The notes under the pieces are model-generated. The model was not told where the DNA came from, did no database searches, and saw only the letters and a list, made by a program, of their open reading frames with translations. Both the position numbers and the translations under genes were made by a program. From Isurus oxyrinchus (taxonomy: Eukaryota), in contig JANJGN010000005.1 of NCBI GenBank assembly GCA_026770705.1, positions 44,082,001 to 44,146,000 on the forward strand: a stretch of DNA of 64,000 nt. Direction: 5' to 3'. Below, piece after piece: positions 25,776 to 36,394 of this stretch; position 1 is the stretch's first letter, and each line of letters starts with the position of its first letter.

Positions 25776-27365
25776 TTTGGCTTCATTTAGCTGATTCTTC
25801 AGCTCTTCTGTCTCTTTTTTGTATTTGTTTACTGCCTCTTTGAAAATTGAACATTGTTGTGTCTTTGCTCCCAACTCATTCTTCAGTTTGTTCAGAGAGG
25901 TGCTGAATTCTTTCTGTTTCTCTTCAAAATTTTCCAACAGTACAAACTTTGACCTGAAGGAATCTTGCAGTGTGTGAAGGTCTTTCAACAGATTTTCTTT
26001 TTCCCGGCAAAGGTTGCTCACCCTGTCTCGAACTCTGTCATCTAGCAGGGTCTCTTCGAGTTCCTTCTGCTGTTCTTCCAGGTTTTGGCTTAAGACAATC
26101 TGTATTTCTTCAGGTTGTTGAGTCCTTACACACTCCTTTTTCAAAACAGGAACACTTCCAGCTTCCTTTTGGAGTCTCAGTGGCCAATCAAGGTTGATTT
26201 CCCTGAGCCAATTTCACCCTAGAAGGCTTGGTCCTCTGCCTCTCAATATTAACACTGACAGCGTTGCCGATTGGCTTCCATAATGGACAGTTACTCTGCT
26301 TATGCCTTTTACTTGAATGGCTTCACCTGTATATGTTTTTAGCTTGGCATCTGTTTCTCCTAAACTTAATTGATGTTCATCATTATTCAAATATCTGAAG
26401 GAATGTTCCCAATTACTATGGTGGAAGCTCCCGTGTCCACTTCTGTTCTAACAGGTTTGCCATTTACTTTCACTGTGACAAATATTGGTTCTACCTTTCC
26501 AACAATGATTAAACAATGAGTAAATGCCTGAATTTGTTGTTTCAGGCTCTTCTATGTTATAGATTTCATTGGTCTTCTTTTATTTACAAGCCTGATTGAA
26601 CCTTTCCTTGCATTGCCTCGTCATATGTCCATGTCAATAGTAGCATTCGATTTTTTTAAACTGCAAATCACTAAAAGGTTGATTGTTTCCACCTCTATTA
26701 AAAATATTCTTTGATTTCGCTACTAAGTTATTTTTCTTTATTCTTTGACTAGCGGGGCCTGTTTCCAGCTTCTCGGCAGTTTCACTCTTTCATGCCTCCT
26801 TTGGCTGAGGTTTTCTGCCCAACGTGGAGGACGGTGCCATTTTGCCTTGTGTTGCTTTTGAATCTCTTACTGCGCTTTACATGGGCCAGTGCTATATCTA
26901 GCACCTTCTTGAAATTTAGATTCACTTCAGACAATAATCTTTTCTGAATAGAGTCCTCTTTCATTGCACACACTAAACAATCTCTGAGCATGTCGTTCAG
27001 AGTCGTACCAAACTCGTTCATAGTCGTTCCATTAGCTGCTTCAATTTGCCACATAGCATGTAATTGTCTCACCCGGGGCTCTATTTCGTGAATTAAACCT
27101 GAACCTCTGCATCGTGACTGAGGGCTTTGGTTGAAAATTACTCCTCGCGAGGTCCAGCAATTCATGGAAGTTCTTCAAATCTGGGACACAGTGCCGTCAA
27201 ACTTTGAATCAGACTGTAGGTTTTTCACCTACAAGTACTCAAGAGGATCGCTTGCCTTTTCTCTTCCTTGTAACCTCGTTCGCTTGAAAAAGGATCAATT
27301 CTCCCAAACTGTGGCATTTTGAGAGGGGATAATTTCTTCAATTCTAACGGAGCTTGCCACTTATA

Positions 27366-27488
27366 GGGCTGAACTTTCCCCCCATCGGTGGGGGGGGGTT
27401 GTGCGGGGGCCGGCAGGAGCGAGTGCGAACCCGATCGGCACCCCCAGTCGGGTGCGCGCCACCATTTTACGTGGGCAGGCCCATTAAG
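27366..27488. mobile_element. Truncated copy of the same MITE family at the 5' edge of gag
   Basis: gggctgaactttcccccatcggtggggggg matches the reverse complement of the 25740-25775 terminus. Confidence 0.7.
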
Positions 27489-27860
27489 ATTTGCAGCTCT
27501 CTTGGTTATCAGTCTGAAGTGGGTGTGGTTTCAGATTGTAATAGTTCTTTAAAGGTATGAAAGGCTAACTGGTTTCCTTCTGTGCTGAGCACATCCAGAT
27601 TCTACTGTTCTGAAAGCCCTGGATCATCAGCATTGACAATTCACATAACGTGTTGCACAAAGCAATTAACAAATTCAATGAATCAAAATGATGAAGTTGT
27701 CCAGACCAAAATTAATTTTATTTTTTATCTGAAAAGAGCTAGGAATTAGTCTGTCTGAGGATGATTATGTCAAAAGTTCACTTTAAAGTAGAGGAAAGGC
27801 AAGGGTCAAAGCTATAAAAAGACATTCAGAATCCAGTCCAATCAAAGAGAAACTTCTTAC

Positions 27861-27895
27861 CTCAAAGGGAAAGATAGCTCCAGCTGCTCAATTAT
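27861..27895 (-). CDS. PLCG1: PLC-gamma exon 7-equivalent (35 bp): IIEQLELSFPL(R)
   Basis: Acceptor tttttctgtgtgtag, donor AG|gtaag; the 35-nt length restores the frame between exons 6 and 8. Confidence 0.85.
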
Positions 27896-28207
27896 CTACA
27901 CACAGAAAAACAGAGGTTGTATAAACAGAGTAACCAACACTTAGGAAAGAGTTACATGTTGAATCTAATTGAGAGATTCACATGGTTTATTTATAGAGCA
28001 TTGACTGACTGGGTGTGGCTACAAGAACAGTGTAATTGATGGGGTCAGGTGCTTCTGTGTGGAAATAATGGATAGCCAGGAGTGACCTAGAGGATATAAA
28101 CCAAGTGAAAGGGGCCAGATGATGTTTTTTTAATTCATAAGCCCAACCCACCTTAAGAATATAGGAACATAGGAACAGGAGATCCTCCATCCGTTTATAT
28201 TATGAAG

Positions 28208-28450
28208 TATAACAGACCCCATATACATGGTAGATAATATAAGACCCTGACTTAATAGGGAAATTACTTACTCTGAATATATTGTAAGGAAATAGCATAC
28301 ATCATCAATATTGCAGGGAATAATGGATCCTGATGGAGAATAACAGACTCTATGTATGTTATAGAAAATAGCAGGCCCTGCTTATAATAATGGAAAATGG
28401 CAGGTCCTGTATTTACTACAGGAAGTAGCAGACCCTGTATATGGTATTGT
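28208..28450. repeat. Degenerate ~28-29-bp tandem repeat (agcagaccctgtat...gaaaat)
   Basis: Recurrent cagaccc/cagactc/caggccc/caggtcc at about 28-29 bp spacing. Confidence 0.6.
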
Positions 28451-28545
28451 GGACAGCTGATTGTGGGCACATTTTAAAGTTACAGCAAGGACAACATTAA
28501 TTTATCAGGCTTGCAGTCAATCCATTTCTCGAGGTAAATACTCAC

Positions 28546-28626
28546 CGATTTCTGTGCATCAAACAACAGGTTTCTGTAGAAAAGAATGAACTGCGCATAG
28601 TTCATATCCACCCTTGTGTCCACTTC
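28546..28626 (-). CDS. PLCG1: PLC-gamma exon 6-equivalent (81 bp): EVDTRVDMNYAQFILFYRNLLFDAQKS (EF-hand region)
   Basis: Similar to human DLEQRSGDITYGQFAQLYRSLMYSAQKT; cag acceptor, TCG|gtgag donor; phase 0/0 fits both neighbours. Confidence 0.9.
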
Positions 28627-29089
28627 CTGTCAGAAGGATGAATAAAGCACAGGTACAATTAATCCACACCCTCTGTCACACTCATCGGCAGAGGCATCTT
28701 TGTGCTTAATATTGAAAAGTACTGAACGACACTTGGTTCATCCAGTCTGCCTGCCCCTTTTCTACATGCTAAGTGCAAGTTGCCCTGCCATGTATCCTTC
28801 CAATTTATTAAATCTTCTATGAATAAAACTTTGATAAAGATTTTGCTGATCCCAGGGTTTATGCAGCAAACATTCTAGCATATCAGTGTAGCATTATAAT
28901 CCACATTATTGATCTGCAAGCAATTATGTTCTACACATGATATTCCCAAAATCCCAACTGGGCTAAGCCTATGGTGTTCCAGTGAATTTGATCTCTGCTT
29001 AGATGTGTTCTGATAACCTTCAGTCTCTTTGAGCTAACCTTTACAACAAAGAAATTAATCAACATTATCATAGCTTTAGGGCAGAATTA

Positions 29090-29625
29090 TTATGGTTTTA
29101 GCACAATGTTAACACAATATTAATTGCATTTTAGCAACAGCATCAATACTGTATTAACTTAGATTCAGCATATCATTAGGACAGTATTAACACAGCATTA
29201 ACACAGTACTGATAAGATAGTAGCACATCATTACCACAACATTAGTACTATTTTAGTACAGCATTAACACAATATAAAAACAGCACTTTAAATACTAAAT
29301 GGTATTAGCACACTTTCAGCACAGTATCAAGCAGTAATCCAGCATTTTATTTTTTTTATCTATCACAGGATGTGAGCATCACTGGCTAGGGCAGCATTTG
29401 TTATCCACCCCTAATCGACACTGTTTTAGTACAGTAGTCACATGGCATTAACAAAACATTAGCACAGTATGTAAATGCAGCACCAAAGTATAACTCACGT
29501 ATAAAGACAGTATTTGTAAAGTATCTGCGCTTTATTAACGGTCTAAGCATATTAGCACAAGAGTAACTCAAAATTAGCACACTATAAATGCAGTATCAGC
29601 ACGGCATTAACACTGTGTTAACTAA
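29090..29625. repeat. Degenerate AT-rich ~11-bp satellite (ttaacacagca/ttagcacagta) with an HE1 tail fragment at ~29345-29417
   Basis: Many ttagcaca/ttaacaca units. Confidence 0.7.
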
Positions 29626-29629
29626 ATAT

Positions 29630-31400
29630 ATCCATCCATCCATTCATTTTCACATCGCTTCTCCTGGTGAGTTTCACAGTGGCAGTAAGTTGAGCAGGGC
29701 TGACCAGACCTTCCTCAGCCACAGATTCCAGCTCCCCCTGGGGGATCCCCAGGTGTTCCCAGACCAGCCAAGACATGTAATCCCTCCAGTATGTCCTGGG
29801 TCAGCCTTGAGGTCTCCGCCCAGTGGGCCATGCTCGATACTGCTTCAGTGGGAGCCTAATATGGGGCATCATTATCAGGTACCTCAACTGGCCCCTCTCG
29901 ATCCGGAGGAGCAGCAACTCTACTCTGAGGGTCTCCTGGATTGCTGAACTCCTCACCCTGTCCCAGAGAGTACGCCCAGCAACCCTGCAGAGAAACCTCA
30001 TTTCTGTCACTTGTACTCTCAATCTTATATTTTCGGTCAATACCAACAGTTCATGACCATAGGTGAGGATGGGGACCTGGATCGACCGGTAAACAGAGAG
30101 CTTCATCCTAAAACTCAGCCCTTAGCTTCACCTCCACAGACCAGTACAGTGTCCACAGAACTGCAGCCGCCGCATTGATCCACTGGTCAATCTCAGCTCC
30201 CTCACTCGTGAACAAAATCCCAAGATACTTGAACTCCTCCACTAAGAAAAGCAGTCCCCCCTCACCTGGAGAGATCAATCCACTCTGTTCCAGGAGAGAC
30301 CATGACCTCAGATTTAGAGGTGCTGATCCGCATCACAGCCATGTCACACCTGGCAGCAAAACGAGTGTGCGCTGGAGACCACAGTCGGATGAGGCAAGAA
30401 GCACAACATCATCTGCAAACAGCAAAGATGCCACCCTCAAGCCCCGAAATTGAATATTCTCAGTACTTCGACTCTGCCTTGATATCCTGTCCATGAAAAT
30501 CATGAACAGGAGTGGAGACAAGACGCAGAGTCTAACACCCACCTTGAACAAAATCGACTTAATGCCGAGAATGCGGACACAACTCTCGCTCCGCGAACAG
30601 AGGGACCTGATAGCACACATGAGTGACACCATTGCCTCATATTCCCGCAGCACCTCCCATAAAATATCTCGAGGAACGTTTTTGTATGCCTTCTCCTGGT
30701 CTACAAAACAGAGGTAAACTGGATTAGCCAATTCCCACGAGCCCTCAAATATCTGTGAGAGGGCAAAGAGCTGGTCCACTGTTCCACAGCCATGGTGGAA
30801 TCTGGATTCTTTCTCCTGAATCTGGGGTTCGACTAATGGACAAAGTCTCCTCTCCAGCACTCTGGCATAGGCTTTCCCCGGGGAAGCTGAAGAGTGTGAT
30901 CCCTCTATTATTGGAACACACCCTCTGGTCCCCTTTCTTTAAGATTGAATCACCACCCCAGTTTGCCAATCCAGCGATACTGTCCCCGCCTTCCATGAAA
31001 TGTTGAAGAGGCACGTTAACCATGACACCCCAGCATTGTCCAGCACCTTCAACATCTCCAGGCGAATCTCTTCCATTCCTGCTGCCTTACCGCTACGGAG
31101 GCCCTTGATCACTGTAGTGACCTCAGCAACAGTAACAATTCCAGTCTCATTGGAAGGTTCTGGCACTGCCTCCTGGACATGTCTACCAGGTTGAGGAGTT
31201 CCTCAAAGCGTTCCTTTCACCTCTTGGCGATCTCCCCAGTTGTGGTCGGTGTTTCCCCACCCTTGCTGAGAACAGCTTGGGCGACATCCCACTGACCCCT
31301 CCTAAGGCGCCAAATGGTTTGTCAGAACAACGTTGATACCGTCTGATAGTCACTCTCAATGGCCTCTCCAAACTCCCCCCAAGCTCAAGCCTTCACTTCA
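29630..31400 (-). mobile_element. RTE-clade LINE of Rex3/Expander type
   Basis: RVASLLFADDVVLLASS, KLSVYRSIQVPILTYGHE, GKAAGMEEIRLEMLK; 3' (GATG)n tail at 29631-29645. Confidence 0.85.
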
Positions 31401-31519
31401 GTGACCAATCCATCTTGATCTGTCCCGCTGTTGCTTACTGTCATGCTGGTGTCATACCTGACCCCCACCCTTCACCTCGCAGGTGGTGATCGCAAGGCGA
31501 TCAAGACTGAATATATTTG

Positions 31520-31898
31520 TTTAATTTATTCTTTCATGGGATGTGGATATTGTGGGCAAGGCCAACATTTGTTGCCCACCCCTAACTGCTGTTGAATTGA
31601 GTGCTTGTTAGGTTATTTCAGAGGACAGTTAAGAGTCAACCACATTGCTGTGATTTCTGGACTCACATGTAGGCCAGACTGGATAAGAATTGCAGATTTC
31701 CTTCCCTAAAGGACATTAGTGAATCAGATGGGTTTTTACAACAATCAATGAAAGTTTTATAGCTTTCAATTCCAGATTTATTAATTGAATTTAAATTCCA
31801 CCAGCTGCCACGGTGGAATTTGAACCCGTGCTCCCAGATCATTAGCCTGAGCCTCTAGATTACTAGTCCAGCAACATTACCACTACACCACCGTCTCT
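31520..31898 (-). mobile_element. HE1-like SINE
   Basis: Full-length match to the other copies. Confidence 0.85.
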
Positions 31899-31919
31899 CT
31901 GTTGATATGATATTTCACA

Positions 31920-32450
31920 TCATAGGAACATAGAAACAGGAGTAGGTTATTAAGTCTGTTGAGCCTGCTCTGCCATTCATTTAGATTATGGCTGATCATC
32001 TACCTCAATGCCACTTTCCGACAATCTCTCTCTATCCCTTGATGTCATTGGTCTCCAGACATCTATCAATTTCTATTTTGGACATGCTCAATGATTGAGC
32101 TTCCACATCCCTCTGGGGTGGAGAATTCCAAAGATTCACCACTCTCTTAGTGAATAAATTCCTCATCAGTCTTAAATGGCCTACCCCTTATTCTGAGACT
32201 ATGTGCCCTGGTTTTAGACTCATCAGCCAGGGGAAACATCTTATCTACATCCACCCTCTCATGCCCTGTAGGAATTCTGTGAGTTTCAAAGTGATCACCC
32301 CTCATTCTTCGAAACTCTAGAGAACACAGACCCAGTCTCCTCATTCTCTTCTCATAAGATAATCTTGCCATCCCAGGGATTCATCTACTGAACCTCCATT
32401 GCACTCCCTTTATGGCATTCCCTTTATCCTTCCTTAGATACGGGGGCCAA
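31920..32450 (-). mobile_element. CR1 LINE 3' fragment
   Basis: ORF 32147..32371 (LGLCSLEFRRMRGDHFET). Confidence 0.85.
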
Positions 32451-33544
32451 AATGTTGAGAAAATCTCTTCTAAAAAATGTTCTGCCCTTTACATCTGATT
32501 ATCTATGCTGCTCAGTGCCCCTGGATAGCCCGCTACATTAAAGGGTGATTTTTCAGTACCATGGTCATGACATTAATGACCGCAAAAGATGCGAGAGTTG
32601 CCATTATGACTCTGTCATTGTCACTTCCTATAAATATTCTAATTAAGTTTTAAATAGGATCTTCTATCAAATACATTTTGCTTCCAGAAATGTGTGTCAT
32701 GTGTAAACTCAGAGTTGAGTCTCTGCTCTATCTTGTTCCTTCTAACTGTTGCACATGAATTAGCCCTCATATGGGTAACTTGAAGTCGAAACCCATGACT
32801 GTCACCTGCAATGCCTTGGTGCCCCAACAAATTGGTGTGCCAACAAACTAAGATGGTGGACTGCTGTGCCATTTGCAAGTGTAGAATCAGTTTTAAAAAA
32901 GGATGCATTTGCGGCCAATGTGGTGCATGCGCAATTGTACTGACGTGACATCATTGCCAGCGATGGAGATCATCCCTCTATTCATTCCCCAACCTCACTG
33001 TGACACTTATCCTCTTCAATTAGTTTCTCATACTTTTAAGTAAAATTCAAACTTGCAGCAATCCTAATAAGAACTGAAACTGGCTGTCTTTTTTTTTAAT
33101 ATAAAGGCTGATAAGCAGCAGCATCTTCAAGAGAGAAGGAAAACAGGGGAGAGAATTGAATAGGAATGTCTTGGCGGTGGGGAGAAAATAATTATTAGTT
33201 TTCTCTTATGATGTATGATAGGAAAACCTGTGTGAACATCTGCAGAAGGATTACAGCATTATTCCAAAACAGCAAGACTGCTCTTGGCACCTTTTTTTAA
33301 CGGAACTGAAAATCAGGCACTCTGACCTCCATACCTAATTTTCCGATCTGCACTATCATCCAACAAGACTGTGTGCCATGATAACTGGGACTCTTGTTTT
33401 TTTCAAGTGTATTCTTTTACCACATTTTTAAAAAGAGGCTTAAGAAAATTTTAACATTTTTTTTTGCACAAAATTGGTTCCTGCGCATGCGCAGATGGTT
33501 ATGGGTGGCTATCTTGTGTTGGCAGGAGACAGCATTTAAAAAAT

Positions 33545-33995
33545 AAAGAAAAATACTACGTTTGCTGTAAATCTGAAACAAAAACAGAAAATGCTGGAAA
33601 AACTCAGCAGGTCTGACAGTATCTGTGGAGAGAGAAAAACAAAGTTAACGTTTTCAGTTTGTATGACCCTTCTTCAGAGCTGAAGAAGTTATATGGACTC
33701 AAAATGCTAACTTTGTTTTTCTCTCTCCACAGATGCTGTCAGACCTGCACAACAAAAACAGAATTACCTGGAAAAACTCAGCAGATCTGGCAGCATCGGC
33801 GGAGAAGAAAAGAGTTGACGTTTCGAGTTTTGAGGACTCGAAATGTCAACTCGTTTCTTCTCCGCCAATGCTGCCAGACCTGCTGAGTTTTTCCAGGTAA
33901 TTCTGTTTTTGTTTTGGATTTCCAGCATCCGCAGTTTTTTGTTTTTATCTCTATCAGATCTGCTGAGTTTTTCCAGCATTTCTGTTTTTGTTTAA
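33545..33995. repeat. Two nested Penelope-terminus palindromes
   Basis: Inner near-perfect hairpin 33751-33913 inserted into the right arm of an outer hairpin, with cagacctgc/cagatctgc duplicated at the junctions. Confidence 0.85.
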
Positions 33996-34844
33996 AAAAA
34001 AGCAAAGGAGGAAGACAAAGTCAAACCTATTAATGTCAAATCAGCTAATGTTACCATTCTTCTAGAGTTACCTTAAGCCAAGGACATATCTCAAAAATTA
34101 GAGCCATGTAGAGCAATAGGATGGAATCTGATTCCCTTAACATTGCACTGGGGAGGTGTACAACTCACATTATTGTGCTGTTAAGGTTTCAAGGATGAGT
34201 CAGCACCCAATAGTGGTCATGATCGTTATTACCTGACCTTTTTTTCCTGGGTCTTTGACACTGTTAAATGGATCTCCCTGTTGTTAGGATCCATAAGAAG
34301 AGCTTGTAGCAGGAAGGAGACATGATACGGACAGCATTTGTTTTTTCATTAATCAACGATTATGATTGAGGGAGATATAAATGAGTTTTCCAGTCGAGGA
34401 AACCGCAGAATATTAACTTATCAGTCATTATCATCATCACAAACTGATAACAGTTGCATAAAGATTGAATGTATGAAAGAACATGTGTTTATATTTGCAT
34501 GTTATCACATCCTTTGGACATTCCAAAGCACTTTATGGGCAAAGAATTACCTTCGAAGCGTTATTATTATTGTTTAATTGGCAGATGCATCAAACAATTT
34601 GCACAGGGCAATGTCCCCATAATAAGGAAATGAATGACTGATCAATTAACCTGTTTTCTGTGATATATGTTAAAGTAGTAATAATGGCCAACGAGAACTG
34701 CATCCTATTTTTGAACAGTGCTAACGGATCTTCTATAATCCCCTAATCAGGAAGGTAAACCTTGGCATGAAGTCACTGATATCCTAATGTCCAATTATAC
34801 TCTATAATTGTGAGATTTTCAGCACACTGAGAATATAGCCCCTG

Positions 34845-35585
34845 CTAAACAGGCCAGAACTCTCTTCTCCCATCTTTAAGATCTGTCCCTGAACACAGGA
34901 TGAAGGTTCAAAGGACTAGCTTGTTCATTCATAGCCAAGCTACTGGAAGGCACAGACCAACATTGCGTTCAACAACTTCTGACCTTGAACTCTCTCTTCT
35001 ATCCACACTCATTTTTTTATCCCTTTTTTCAAAATTTATTTTTATTTTTTATCCACTTATTTTTACTTTTATTCATTTTTCTTTTCATTAATTTATTCAT
35101 TATTTTATCCCCCTTTTTATCCCCCCTTTTTATCCCATTTTCAACCCCTTGTTTTCCCCCCACCACTGCCCCCTCCCCCAACCCCGCCCCGCAAGGGCCA
35201 TCTATTAGTTGTTCATGTTGTTCTTTTCAGAGTGCTTACCCTTGTCCTGCTATTACCACATTCTGCTTTCTTACCTTAATGCCACCATCAGCAACTATTT
35301 CAGTCCTTACAACTACCATTAACATTCCCTTTGTCCTTTTGTTCATGACGTCTTTATCAATCTCTCTTTTGCCCCCACCTATCACTGGCCTTCTATCCAG
35401 CTCCACCTGCTCCACCCTCCTTAAACAGTATAAATTTCAGCACATTTCTACTTCTCTTGCTCTGAAGAAGGGTCATATGGACTCGAAACGTCAACTCTGT
35501 TTCTCTCTCCACAGATGCTGTCAGACCTGCTGAGTTTTTCCAGTATTTTCAGATTTCCAGTATCCGTAGCATTTTGCTTTTATGA
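34845..35585 (+). mobile_element. Penelope-like element 3' end (T-rich UTR and terminal motif)
   Basis: T-rich tract followed by ctgaagaagggtcatatggactcgaaacgtcaactctg...cctgctgagtttttccag. Confidence 0.65.
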
Positions 35586-36153
35586 CCAATAGCATACATC
35601 TGTTCATAACTGAACAGAAATTGAGTTTAATCTCAGGATATGTATATATATTATTGGATATTTGCTTGTAAAGAAGAAAATTAGAGGACAATACGAAATG
35701 AGCAGGGAAATGGAATCAACCAGATAGCTTTTACAAAGATCGAGCACAGGCACGATCGGCTGAATAGTCTCCTTTTGTGCTGTAAAATAAAAAACTCTAA
35801 GGGGGCCACAAGTTGTGGTTTTTGTAGGATTGAAAATCTCACAATATGGGGCCCTTTTCTGACAATATAGTTAAGGGAAACTGTTCAGATTTTCCTTGGG
35901 AGCTTCCTGATTTGTGTGGTTGGATAATTATACCAGGTCTTGCACTATCCTGACAAGTCACTGGGGTAGCTCAGTTAAGGAGTATGTGATGGTGATACTG
36001 CACTTGTTCCATTCTCAGTCATATGAACCGTCAGGAAAATATTTAAATATACTTTGTTATTTTTCTTAAAGGGCTGCATTAAGTCGGAAGCCTTTCCTAA
36101 TCTACAAAACCGTGGGAGAAACATAAGAGTTGCATGAGAATGTTTCTACTTAC

Positions 36154-36238
36154 CAATAGCCTGTCCCGCAAGAATCTCATATTTGGGACTCTGTAGTTGA
36201 CTTGAGGAAGCATAACCTTTAGATCCTTCACAGTGATA
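36154..36238 (-). CDS. PLCG1: PLC-gamma (PLCG1/PLCG1-like) coding exon, equivalent to human exon 5 (85 bp): ITVKDLKVMLPQVNYRVPNMRFLRDRLL
   Basis: Matches human PLCG1 ISAKDLKNMLSQVNYRVPNMRFLRERLT; acceptor ttatttttctag, donor TTG|gtaag. Confidence 0.93.
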
Positions 36239-36394
36239 CTAGAAAAATAAACATTCAATATAGTTTGATAGCTATACAGCAGAATCACATCATGCAGGTA
36301 AGAATAAATGAAAGTCAGAACTAGCAATGAGTGAGGAAAGAGGGAAAGTGCGGGGAAAAAAGGTATAATGAGTGAAAGACAGAGGGTAGGGATG

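Larger units (their letters stand above)
22749..27365 (-). mobile_element. Defective Ty3/Gypsy LTR retrotransposon: gag, protease, [RT core replaced], RNase H, integrase, 3' LTR; 5' LTR not seen
   Basis: gag (EFGTTLNDMLRDCLVC, CCHC-like knuckle), protease EVDTGAS, RNase [13 protein letters not shown]...SDHKPL, integrase HHCC + LHIDYVGP...SDNG...SNGLAKRAV; many stops and frameshifts. Confidence 0.92.

Noticed and set aside
34985-35533. 182-aa F/L/P-rich ORF
   Set aside because: Product of a T-rich low-complexity tract in a Penelope-like 3' region; no domain features
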